Shown: one piece after another, positions 38,350 to 47,811 of the stretch | How the letters are laid out: each line of letters starts with the position of its first letter | Position numbering within the stretch: the stretch's first letter is position 1 | Made by a program: the position numbers and the translations under genes | Origin: Bacteroidia bacterium | GTDB taxonomy: Bacteria > Bacteroidota > Bacteroidia > NS11-12g > UBA9320 | DNA: 64,000 bases | Direction: 5' to 3' | Assembly: GCA_049115575.1 (NCBI GenBank) | Contig: JAGDZU010000004.1 | Location: 252,294 to 316,293 of the forward strand | The notes under the pieces: generated by a model | Databases searched by the model: none | What the model was told of the DNA's origin: nothing | What the model saw: the letters and a program-made list of their open reading frames with translations, nothing else

Positions 38350-40767
38350 ATGAAGGAACTTTTTCAACAATATAAAATACATCTAATCATTCTTTTAGCC
38401 ATCTGTGCTATTTCATTTGCCTATGTACCAGAGGTGCTAGATGGGAAGATCTTAGCACAAGGTGACATCACACAATACAAAGGGGCTGCCAAAGAAATTA
38501 TTGACTATAGAGACAATGGTGAACGTATTCTTTGGACCAATTCTCAATTCTCGGGTATGCCAACCTACCAAATTAGTGGAGTAGCTGGCGAGAGTCCAAT
38601 GAAGTATTTGAGAATTCCTAAGAAGCCTCTCACCTGGGAAAAGTTATTTCTTCTCCTCTTCTGTTCCTATCTCATGTTTCTTTCGTTCAGAATAAAACCC
38701 TGGATAGCCTTGGTTGGTGCTGTGGGCATGGCCTTTGTTACTGGAAACATGACAGTTATAGAAGCTGGGCATAACACCCAAGCATTAGCCATAGCATATG
38801 CACCACTTATTATAGGAGGGGTCCAGTATTTGTTCCGGAGAAAGTGGCTTGTCGGTTTTAATATGGTAGCCATAGGCATGGCACTTCAACTGGTTGTGAA
38901 CCACGTTCAAATAAGTTATTATACAGGAATCATCATAGGTATTTGGATGGTATTCCAGTTAGTATGGCATATACAGAAGAAAGAGATTAAGCATTTCTTA
39001 ATGGTTGCTGGAATTGCGCTTGCGGGGGTAGTAATAGCTGTAGGTGCAAACTCCTTGAATTTAATGCTTACTAAGGAGTATTTAGACCACACAATTAGAG
39101 GGAAATCCGAAATTACTATAGACCAATCAGCTCAAGAAAAAGCGGAAGCTCCAAGTGATGGTTTGGCACGCTGGTACGCTTTCCAATGGAGTAATGGCTG
39201 GGATGATGTAGCCGCTATGTTTATTCCCAATTATGCCGGTGGAGGTGCCAAAACAGGCTTGTACTATGGTGCGCTTCCATTTACATCCGGACCTCAATAC
39301 ATGGGCATGGCCATTATATTTCTTTGCATTCTCGGATTTATTGGTGTAAAAGATCGAAGTAAATGGTGGATCCTAACAGCTGTTTTATTGGCGGTTGCCT
39401 TGTCTATGGGTAAGAACAATTTTGTCTGGCTCAACGACTTCTTCTTTGAAAATGTGCCGTTCTATAATAAGTTTAGAGCCCCTACAATGGCACTGACCAT
39501 AGTTCAATTATGTCTGCCAATAATGGCTGTATTTGCCTTAAATGATTTTATAGAGAATCAGGACAAAGAAGCTCAATGGAAAGCTTTAAAATTTACTGGA
39601 ATTGGAGTAGGAGCCTTTTTAATCATACTTACCTTTTTCAGCGGAAGCTTTAACGATTTTAAAACACCGAGAACTATAGACCCAGTAAGTGGTCAAGTTC
39701 TAGAAGATCGAGATCAACAAACCGCAGATCGCTATAAAGTACCAGTGGATCAATTCTGGGCTCAAGTGGTGCCTCAAAGAATAGAGCTCATGAAGAAAGA
39801 TGGCTATAGAAGCATCTTCTTTGCTGCAGCTATCTTTGTTCTATTGTGGTTGTATTATAAAGGCAATCTTAACAGCAAACTCACCATAGCCTTAGTAGGC
39901 GTCTTTATTCTAATTGACTTCTGGGGGGTAGACAAGCGATACCTTGCCAGCGAAAACTTTAAGACTCCCAGACAAATTGAAGGAGAGGTATCTCCTTCTA
40001 GGGCTGACATGGCTATAATGCAAGACAAGTCTTATTACAGAGTCTTGGATCTTACAGAGAGTACCATGAGAAGTTCTAGAGCATCTCATTTCCATAAGTC
40101 AATAGGTGGCTACAATGCTGCAAAACTCAGAAGGTATCAGGAATTATTTGATTGGTATATCTATGACGAATTGAATAAGGGTAAAATCATGGAGAGTAAT
40201 TTATTAAACATGCTTAACATGAAATATGTAACCTACCCGGTAAAAGACAAAGAGATGCAATATGCTGTGAATCCTAATGCCAACGGGAACGCCTGGTTTG
40301 TGAGTAATATTAAACAGGTTAAAGATGCCAACGAAGCCATAGTTGCTATGGCAGACTTAAACACCAAATCAACAGCATTGATTGAACAGAAATTTTCAAA
40401 TCAAATCAGTGCGACATCATTTGATGTTGACAGCGCAGCAAACATTGTTCTGAAAACCTACCACCCAGAAGAACTGGTTTATGAATCAAATAGTTCAAAA
40501 GACGGATTTATTGTTTTCTCTGAGATATACTACCCAGACGGTTGGAACGCTTATGTAGATAATCAAAAGGTAGATCATGCACAGGTTGACTTTGTTCTAA
40601 GAGGACTATTTGTAAATGCCGGTAAACATGAAATCAAGTTTAAGTTTGAACCTACAACTTACACCAAGGGAAGAACTATATCCCTGGCATCTAGTGGTAT
40701 TATTTATCTTGTACTAGCAGCTTCCTTATTTATTGGAATAAGGAAAGAGCTCAAGAGCAAAGCATGA
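38350..40767 (+). CDS. YfhO-family polytopic membrane protein (putative glycosyl/glycolipid transferase)
   Basis: It is 805 aa with more than 12 TM helices in the N-terminal two-thirds and a C-terminal extracytoplasmic domain, matching YfhO family architecture. It overlaps the holB start. Confidence 0.75.
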   Translation: MKELFQQYKIHLIILLAICAISFAYVPEVLDGKILAQGDITQYKGAAKEIIDYRDNGERILWTNSQFSGMPTYQISGVAGESPMKYLRIPKKPLTWEKLFLLLFCSYLMFLSFRIKPWIALVGAVGMAFVTGNMTVIEAGHNTQALAIAYAPLIIGGVQYLFRRKWLVGFNMVAIGMALQLVVNHVQISYYTGIIIGIWMVFQLVWHIQKKEIKHFLMVAGIALAGVVIAVGANSLNLMLTKEYLDHTIRGKSEITIDQSAQEKAEAPSDGLARWYAFQWSNGWDDVAAMFIPNYAGGGAKTGLYYGALPFTSGPQYMGMAIIFLCILGFIGVKDRSKWWILTAVLLAVALSMGKNNFVWLNDFFFENVPFYNKFRAPTMALTIVQLCLPIMAVFALNDFIENQDKEAQWKALKFTGIGVGAFLIILTFFSGSFNDFKTPRTIDPVSGQVLEDRDQQTADRYKVPVDQFWAQVVPQRIELMKKDGYRSIFFAAAIFVLLWLYYKGNLNSKLTIALVGVFILIDFWGVDKRYLASENFKTPRQIEGEVSPSRADMAIMQDKSYYRVLDLTESTMRSSRASHFHKSIGGYNAAKLRRYQELFDWYIYDELNKGKIMESNLLNMLNMKYVTYPVKDKEMQYAVNPNANGNAWFVSNIKQVKDANEAIVAMADLNTKSTALIEQKFSNQISATSFDVDSAANIVLKTYHPEELVYESNSSKDGFIVFSEIYYPDGWNAYVDNQKVDHAQVDFVLRGLFVNAGKHEIKFKFEPTTYTKGRTISLASSGIIYLVLAASLFIGIRKELKSKA

Positions 40768-41876
40768 GATTCGCAGATATACCAGGGCAAGAGGAGATAA
40801 AAGCTAAATTGGTTAGCAGCATTAAAGAGGAGAGAATTCCTCATGCTCAATTATTTCTCGGCCCCGAAGGAAGTCACAATCTCAGTTTAGCAATTGCATG
40901 CATACAAATGATGTATTGCTCTCAACCTTTAGAAGATGATTCCTGTGGAAGCTGTAGCTCCTGCTCCAAAATCAGCAAGCATATGCATCCAGATGTGCAT
41001 TACAGCTACCCAACAGCAGGTGCAAAGCAAATAAGCACTACCTACATTAATGAGTGGAGGCAAATGTTGTCTGAACATCCTTTAATGAATGCAAGTGACT
41101 GGATGGCAAAAATTGCCAAAGACGAGAACAAAACACCAAATATCACAAGAGAAGAAAGTAGAGATATACTTTCCAAACTCAGTCTTAAACCATTTGAGGG
41201 AGAAGCCAAAGCTCTTATCATTTGGATGCCTGAGTATCTGGATAAGATTGGAAACAGCTTACTCAAGATTATTGAAGAACCACCTCAACGCACTTTTTTC
41301 ATACTAGTAGCTCATCAGTTCGATGCTATTTTACCTACTGTTAGCAGCAGAACTCAACTGGTGAAAATTGGTACTTATCAGAATGAAGAGCTAGTAGGTC
41401 ACTTAAGAGAACGCTATGATTTGGAACAAGCCAAAGCTGAGAACATAGCATTTCTAGCTGATGGTAATATGAGGGAAGCAGTAATGATGGTTGAAGAGGT
41501 AGACGACAATTATTCTGAACTTTTCAGAAAAATGATGTTGGCCTGCTATCAAAATGATTTGAGCACAGTAAGCAAGTTTACAGATGAATTAGCTCGTTTA
41601 GGACGCAATCAAATACAGCTTTATCTCCAAAATGGTTTGAAGATTCTTAGAGAAACTTTGTTGTATAAAAGCATTGATGATTACGAAATAAAATTTGTAG
41701 GTGAATACAAAGATTTCATTCGAAACTTTTCAAGCACTATGAATGCAAAGCTGATAGAAGAAAGCTATCGATCCATCAATGAAGTCATCTATCATATTGG
41801 CAGAAATGCTAATGCTAAAATCTCACTCTTTAATCTATCTTTGGCCCTCAGACATAATTTCATCAGAAAAAGATAA
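40764..41876 (+). CDS. holB: DNA polymerase III subunit delta-prime
   Basis: It is AAA+-like with a degenerate Walker A (LFLGPEGSHN), a zinc module CGSCSSCSKISKHMHPDVHY, and a SRT sensor motif. Confidence 0.8.
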   Translation: MRFADIPGQEEIKAKLVSSIKEERIPHAQLFLGPEGSHNLSLAIACIQMMYCSQPLEDDSCGSCSSCSKISKHMHPDVHYSYPTAGAKQISTTYINEWRQMLSEHPLMNASDWMAKIAKDENKTPNITREESRDILSKLSLKPFEGEAKALIIWMPEYLDKIGNSLLKIIEEPPQRTFFILVAHQFDAILPTVSSRTQLVKIGTYQNEELVGHLRERYDLEQAKAENIAFLADGNMREAVMMVEEVDDNYSELFRKMMLACYQNDLSTVSKFTDELARLGRNQIQLYLQNGLKILRETLLYKSIDDYEIKFVGEYKDFIRNFSSTMNAKLIEESYRSINEVIYHIGRNANAKISLFNLSLALRHNFIRKR

Positions 41877-41890
41877 GTCAAAGAGAACTA

Positions 41891-43201
41891 ATGAGTTGCG
41901 GAAGTTGCGGAAAGAATAATGGGACACATAGTCCAGGTTGTGGTCAGAATGGTGACTGCAGCACTGGTAGTTGCAATAAACTCAATGTATACAATTGGTT
42001 GTCTGACATGATCCTCCCAGAGGATTATGTTCCTTTCAATATAGTTGAAGTAAGGTTTAAAGGGAGTAAGAAACTGTTCTTCAGAAATCACGACAACCTG
42101 GAACTGTTTACAGGAGATAAAGTTGTTGTTGAATCTGATTTTGGATACGATGTAGGAACCATTTCACTCAGCGGTGAATTGGTAAAACTTCAGTTGAAAA
42201 AATACGGAGTAGATGAAAACAGTGCTGAAATGCGTAAAATTCTGCGCATAGCAGGAGAAAAAGAACTAGAGAAATACCAAGAAATCAAAGATCGTGAGCC
42301 TAAAACATTGGAAAGAGCAAGAACCATTGCTATGAAAATGAATCTCAAGATGAAGATTAGCGATATGGAATTTCAAGGGGATGGGAAGAAAGTCACTTTC
42401 TATTATACCTCAGAGGGTCGCGTTGATTTTAGAGAGTTGATTAAGAGATATGCTTCTGAATTCAGATCAAGAATAGAAATGAGGCAAGTGAGTTACCGAG
42501 AAGAAGCTTCTAGATTAGGTGGTATTGGTAGTTGTGGAAGGGAGTTATGTTGCAGCACCTGGCTTACTGATTATAAAGTAGTAAGTATGAGTGCAGCAAA
42601 GACTCAAAACCTATCTATTAACATGCTAAAGCTTTCCGGGCAGTGTGGTAGGTTGAAATGTTGTCTCAATTATGAATTGGAGTTGTATACCGAAGCTTTG
42701 GCAGAATTTCCAAGAGATGATGTGCGACTTAAGACCGAAGCAGGCGAGGCATCTCTCAAGAAAATAGATATTCTAAAAGGAACTCTATGGTATTCATATG
42801 AAAAGAGTTTTGATTGGATTCCAATTAAGCTTGACAGAGTTAATGAGATTATTGCCAAGAACAAGAAAGGCGAAAAACCTGCTACTCTTAGCGACACTGC
42901 TAAAGGTGCCGAGATTCTCAATAAATCACTTGAATACAAAGATGATTTGCTAGAATCTTCTGACCTTACTCGAATGGACCATAAGAAGGACCATGGCCGA
43001 TCTAAGGGTAGAGGTAGAAGAAAAGGTGCACCGTCTAAACGCAGAAGACCGCAACAGACCAAGAAGACAGAAGGCGCTGATGGTAATCCTCAAGCTAATA
43101 GAGGCGGTAACAAATCAAATCGAAGTAATAAAAATCGAAACCAGAACAGGAATCGAAATAGAAATCAAAACAAGGGCAACCAAAACAAGCCCAAGGACTA
43201 A
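41891..43201 (+). CDS. PSP1-domain protein (YaaT/RicT-like) with a Cys-rich N-terminus and a basic N/R/Q-rich low-complexity C-terminal tail
   Basis: The PSP1 C-terminal conserved region is GSCGRELCCSTWL ... GQCGRLKCC. It lies immediately downstream of holB, as in Firmicutes. Confidence 0.75.
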   Translation: MSCGSCGKNNGTHSPGCGQNGDCSTGSCNKLNVYNWLSDMILPEDYVPFNIVEVRFKGSKKLFFRNHDNLELFTGDKVVVESDFGYDVGTISLSGELVKLQLKKYGVDENSAEMRKILRIAGEKELEKYQEIKDREPKTLERARTIAMKMNLKMKISDMEFQGDGKKVTFYYTSEGRVDFRELIKRYASEFRSRIEMRQVSYREEASRLGGIGSCGRELCCSTWLTDYKVVSMSAAKTQNLSINMLKLSGQCGRLKCCLNYELELYTEALAEFPRDDVRLKTEAGEASLKKIDILKGTLWYSYEKSFDWIPIKLDRVNEIIAKNKKGEKPATLSDTAKGAEILNKSLEYKDDLLESSDLTRMDHKKDHGRSKGRGRRKGAPSKRRRPQQTKKTEGADGNPQANRGGNKSNRSNKNRNQNRNRNRNQNKGNQNKPKD

Positions 43202-43812
43202 ATATCCATTTTAACTCTATTCTGCAAAGAGCGCGCTAAAGTCATTTGGTCTGCGTACTCCAATTCCCCACCAACTGAAATTCCCTTGGCCAAGGTGCTT
43301 ACCTTTTTTTCCAAGTCTTGCATTTTTCTAGCAATATAGAATTCCGTTGTATCCCCTTCCATGGTAGCACTTAGTGCTACAATAATCTCATGAATATCAT
43401 GTTCTTGAACTCTGGTAATAAGTTCTGGAATCTTAATGTCCGAAGGCCCTATACCGTCTATTGGTGATATTAAACCACCCAACACATGATAGTGACCAGA
43501 GTATTGCCCTGTATTCTCTAAGGCCAAAACATCTTGAAAATCTTTAACAACACAGATAATGTGCGCATCTCTTGAAGGTGATTGGCAAACATTGCATAAA
43601 TCTCCGTCACTCAAGTTAAAACACTGTTTGCAATACTTAATTTCCGTTCTCATTTTGGTCATGGCTTCTGCCATGCTAAGTGCCTCTTCCTCGGGTCTTT
43701 TAAGAAGATAAAGCGCCATTCTCAATGCGCTTTTTTTACCAATTCCCGGAAATTTCGACAATTGTTCTACAGCTTTATCTATTAATGTGGAAGAGCTACT
43801 CATCTCGAGCAA
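43198..43812 (-). CDS. recR: Recombination protein RecR
   Basis: It has an HhH N-terminus, a C4 zinc finger CKQCFNLS...CNVC, and Toprim acidic residues. Confidence 0.9.
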   Translation of the reverse strand: MLEMSSSSTLIDKAVEQLSKFPGIGKKSALRMALYLLKRPEEEALSMAEAMTKMRTEIKYCKQCFNLSDGDLCNVCQSPSRDAHIICVVKDFQDVLALENTGQYSGHYHVLGGLISPIDGIGPSDIKIPELITRVQEHDIHEIIVALSATMEGDTTEFYIARKMQDLEKKVSTLAKGISVGGELEYADQMTLARSLQNRVKMDI

Positions 43813-43860
43813 ATGTAAAAACTCAAAAGTGCATTTAAGCTATGCATGTGAAATATAAAT

Positions 43861-44667
43861 TTAATTGAAAAGGCTGAACAAGATTCCAGCTGCTCCAACT
43901 ACCCAACAGTAATATGAGAAGTAACGCAATTGGCTTCTCTTCACAATTTGTATCATCCATTTACAAGCCAAATACCCGCTAATTAATGCGGCTACAAATC
44001 CAAAAGCTGTTGGCAGCAAAGCAAGATCCATGGATTGCCTTTGTACCTCTTCCATGGCCATAATATCCAATACTTCTGTTGCCATGGCGCCTAATATCAA
44101 TGGTAACACCATAAGAAAACTAAAGCGTGCTGCTTTGGTTCTATCTATTTTGAGCAAGACCGAAGCTGCTATGGTGGAGCCAGACCTACTAATTCCAGGT
44201 AAGATTGCTATAGCCTGTACAGCCCCAACTATAAATGCGCTGAAGCCATTAAATTCCTTATCCGTTCTCTTAATTCTATCTGAGGCAAAAAGTATGATTC
44301 CAGTTAGAAGGAGCATAATGCTAACAAATAACACATTGCTATCAAAGAACTGATCGATCCAATCTTTCATAAAAAGACCAACCAATGAGGCCGGTATCAT
44401 AGACAAGATTACTAATAGAGAAAATCTCAACTCATCATTCCATTTAAACTTTAAAAGACCGCGAAACAAGTCTCCAATGTCTTTCCAAAAAACAACGATG
44501 GTACTTATAGCTGTAGCAAAGTGTAATACCACGGTGAACAATAAGCCTTCCTTGAGATGTATACCAAAAATGGCTTTACCTAGCTCTATATGGCCACTGC
44601 TACTAACCGGAAGAAATTCTGTAAGCCCTTGGAGTATCCCAAGTATAATAGCCTCAATTAGACTCAT
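43861..44667 (-). CDS. uppP: Undecaprenyl-diphosphate phosphatase
   Basis: The BacA motifs ILGILQGLTEFLPVSSSGH and PGISRSG are present. It has 8 TM helices. Confidence 0.9.
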   Translation of the reverse strand: MSLIEAIILGILQGLTEFLPVSSSGHIELGKAIFGIHLKEGLLFTVVLHFATAISTIVVFWKDIGDLFRGLLKFKWNDELRFSLLVILSMIPASLVGLFMKDWIDQFFDSNVLFVSIMLLLTGIILFASDRIKRTDKEFNGFSAFIVGAVQAIAILPGISRSGSTIAASVLLKIDRTKAARFSFLMVLPLILGAMATEVLDIMAMEEVQRQSMDLALLPTAFGFVAALISGYLACKWMIQIVKRSQLRYFSYYCWVVGAAGILFSLFN

Positions 44668-44911
44668 CCTCTGAATCTGGTCTTTTCAATATGGCAAAAA
44701 CCTCGATTACAAAACCGGCAATAACCACTATGGGTGCCAAGGTGGTTTTCCTGAAATCATAAATGTTTTCAGTTCCAACCATTAAAGCGAATCCTATAAC
44801 GATCACCACTATCCCAATCAGCATTAACTGGTAGTTCTTTTTGCCAAATACAAAGTGGAAATCCGGTTTGTTTTGACCTGCTTTTTTATCTGATGATTTT
44901 GATTTGCTCAT
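44654..44911 (-). CDS. Small two-TM membrane protein (DUF3098-like)
   Basis: It is 85 aa with two hydrophobic helices and overlaps the uppP start. Confidence 0.4.
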   Translation of the reverse strand: MSKSKSSDKKAGQNKPDFHFVFGKKNYQLMLIGIVVIVIGFALMVGTENIYDFRKTTLAPIVVIAGFVIEVFAILKRPDSEDESN

Positions 44912-45054
44912 AGTAATCTATTCTGAGAGTGAACAAAGAAAATAAAAACTTCTTATAGAACGCATAATAGTCTCATTTATTGAGTATGAAATCAGATTCA
45001 CGATAGCCAAGATTTTCTCTGTGTTAATACTTAGCTTTGCCGCTTCTTAGACCC

Positions 45055-47787
45055 ATGGCATACGATTTTAAATCCATAGAGAAAAAATGGCAACAAAACT
45101 GGACCGAATCCAATATATACAAAGTACAAGAAGATTCGTCCAAACCTAAATTCTATGCATTAGACATGTTCCCCTATCCTTCTGGTGCAGGGCTACATGT
45201 GGGGCATCCTTTGGGTTATATAGCTTCAGACATAATATCAAGGCATAAAAGATTAAAGGGATTTAATGTGTTACACCCTATGGGATTTGATGCTTTTGGA
45301 CTTCCAGCCGAACAATACGCCATACAAACCGGGCAGCATCCTGCAGTCACAACCTCTCAAAATATTGAGCGCTATAAACAACAATTGAATCGGCTAGGTT
45401 TCTCTTTTGATTGGTCTAGGGAAGTTCAAACATGTGACCCATCCTATTATAAATGGACTCAATGGATTTTTGCCCAACTCTTCAACTCCTGGTATAATAA
45501 AGGTTCTAATAAGGCCGAATCTATTAATCAGCTGATTAGCATTTTTGAAATTGAAGGAAATGTGAATGTGCAACACCACGGTGAGCAAGTTGAGAAATTC
45601 ACAAGTGAAGAATGGTTGGATTTCGATGCCAAACACAAAGAAATAAAACTTCAGGCTTATAGACTGGCATTTCAAAAATCAACAACGGTAAACTGGTGTC
45701 AAGAGTTAGGAACTGTACTTGCAAATGAAGAAGTTAAAGATGGTCTTTCTGAAAGAGGAGGTTATCCTGTAGTTCAAAAAGAAATGACTCAATGGTACCT
45801 GAGAATCACTGCATATGCAGACAGATTGTTGGAGGGACTTGACAAAATAGACTGGACAGACTCTTTAAAAGAGATGCAGCGCAACTGGATAGGTAAAAGC
45901 AGAGGGGCAGAATTGCGCTTTGGAATCAAAGGAAGCAAAGAACATTTAGAAGTATTTACCACCAGGCCTGATACCATTTTTGGAGCGAGTTTCATGGTTA
46001 TTTCACCAGAACATCCTTTAGTAGAAGAGTTAAGTACTGCCGATCACAAATCAGCCGTACAAGCTTATTCTGAAAAAGCTAGAAATAAAGGAGAGCGAGA
46101 ACGCATGATGAACAAAGAGGTGAATGGAGAATTCACGGGTTCATACGCTTTAAATCCTTTTAATCAGAAGGAAATCCCAATCTATGTAGCGGAATATGTA
46201 CTTATGGGTTATGGCACCGGAGCCATTATGGCTGTACCAGCACATGATAGCAGAGATCATGCTTTCGCAAAGAAATTTGGCCTAGACATTATTCAAGTCA
46301 TAGACAATGGGCAAAATAATGATGTTCATGAAGAGAGCTTTGATAGTAAAGAAGGTAGACTTATACATTCGGATTTTATAGACGGACTTGAAGTAGCCAA
46401 TGCCATTAAAGCAGTTATACAGCTTGCTGAAGAAAAAGGAATTGGACATGGCACCACTAATTATAAATTGAGAGATGCTGGCTTTAGCAGACAGCGCTAT
46501 TGGGGAGAACCATTCCCTATAATATTCCAAGATGGTGTTCCTCATTTAACCAATGATTTACCTGTGAGCTTACCTGAAGTGGAAAGCTATACTCCAACAG
46601 GAACTGGAGAAAGTCCTTTAGCTGCGGTTGATTCTTGGGTAAACACCTCAGAAGGAAAAAGAGAAACCGACACCATGCCTGGATGGGCAGGAAGCAGTTG
46701 GTATTTCCTGAGATATATGGATCCTCAAAATGATGAGGCATTTGCATCGGCTGAGAAGTTGGCTTATTGGAATCAAGTAGATCTCTATATAGGAGGAACT
46801 GAACACGCCACTGGTCATTTGCTGTATAGTCGTTTTTGGACTAAGTTTCTGTACGATATTGGCAAATTAAGTTTTGATGAACCCTTTAAGAAATTGGTGA
46901 ATCAAGGAATGATTCAAGGTGAGAGCATGCTCTTAGACCTGCCAGGCAGAAGTCTACATATACCCGTGCATCTAGCAAACAAAGACGCTACCTTAAACCA
47001 GGATCAATTTGGCTTACTACAAAAGGAAGATACCCGATTTAGTGAGTTAAGCTTTGCAGATTTAGCCCAAGATGGTTTGATTAGATTGAGAACTCAATCT
47101 GAAAAAATGTCTAAATCCAAGCTGAATGTAGTAAACCCAGATGACGTCTGTGAAGATTATGGGGCAGATACACTAAGGCTTTATGAAATGTTCTTAGGTC
47201 CATTGCAAGATTCAAAGCCATGGAGTACCAAAGGCATAGACGGAACTCATAGATTCCTCAAAAAACTTTGGTCTTTATATGTTGATCAAGATGGAAATCT
47301 GAAAGTGACTACAGAAGTCGCGAGCAAAGAGCAACTGAAGACACTCCATAAGACCATTAAAAAGGTGACTGAGGACATTGAGAACTTTTCTTTCAACACT
47401 TCTGTAAGTCAGTTTATGATTTGTGTGAATGAATTGAGTTCAGCCAACTGTACTAGTCGAGATGTGTTGGAACCATTGCTTGTTTTACTCGCTCCATTTG
47501 CACCTCATATTTGCGAAGAGCTCTATGAGTTGATGGGGCATAACCAAAGTATTGTTGAAGCACGATGGCCTGAGTTAGATGAATCGCATATTGCAGAAGA
47601 CAGCAAGTCTTATCCCGTATCTATCAATGGAAAAACCCGAACTCAAATTAATTTAAGTCTCAGCTTATCTAAAGAAGAAATTGAAGCCGAGGTACTTAAA
47701 AATGAGATAGTAATTAAATGGCTTGAAGGTCAAGCACCAAAAAAAGTAATTGTGGTCCCTGGCCGAATAGTGAACATAGTTAAGTAA
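45055..47787 (+). CDS. leuS: Leucine--tRNA ligase
   Basis: The class I motifs HVGH (PYPSGAGLHVGHP) and KMSKS are present and the size is about 910 aa. The ATG at 45055 (MAYDFKSIEKKWQ) is preferred over the TTG of the ORF track. Confidence 0.9.
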   Translation: MAYDFKSIEKKWQQNWTESNIYKVQEDSSKPKFYALDMFPYPSGAGLHVGHPLGYIASDIISRHKRLKGFNVLHPMGFDAFGLPAEQYAIQTGQHPAVTTSQNIERYKQQLNRLGFSFDWSREVQTCDPSYYKWTQWIFAQLFNSWYNKGSNKAESINQLISIFEIEGNVNVQHHGEQVEKFTSEEWLDFDAKHKEIKLQAYRLAFQKSTTVNWCQELGTVLANEEVKDGLSERGGYPVVQKEMTQWYLRITAYADRLLEGLDKIDWTDSLKEMQRNWIGKSRGAELRFGIKGSKEHLEVFTTRPDTIFGASFMVISPEHPLVEELSTADHKSAVQAYSEKARNKGERERMMNKEVNGEFTGSYALNPFNQKEIPIYVAEYVLMGYGTGAIMAVPAHDSRDHAFAKKFGLDIIQVIDNGQNNDVHEESFDSKEGRLIHSDFIDGLEVANAIKAVIQLAEEKGIGHGTTNYKLRDAGFSRQRYWGEPFPIIFQDGVPHLTNDLPVSLPEVESYTPTGTGESPLAAVDSWVNTSEGKRETDTMPGWAGSSWYFLRYMDPQNDEAFASAEKLAYWNQVDLYIGGTEHATGHLLYSRFWTKFLYDIGKLSFDEPFKKLVNQGMIQGESMLLDLPGRSLHIPVHLANKDATLNQDQFGLLQKEDTRFSELSFADLAQDGLIRLRTQSEKMSKSKLNVVNPDDVCEDYGADTLRLYEMFLGPLQDSKPWSTKGIDGTHRFLKKLWSLYVDQDGNLKVTTEVASKEQLKTLHKTIKKVTEDIENFSFNTSVSQFMICVNELSSANCTSRDVLEPLLVLLAPFAPHICEELYELMGHNQSIVEARWPELDESHIAEDSKSYPVSINGKTRTQINLSLSLSKEEIEAEVLKNEIVIKWLEGQAPKKVIVVPGRIVNIVK

Positions 47788-47811
47788 GTTTTAAAGAATA
47801 AATACAATATC

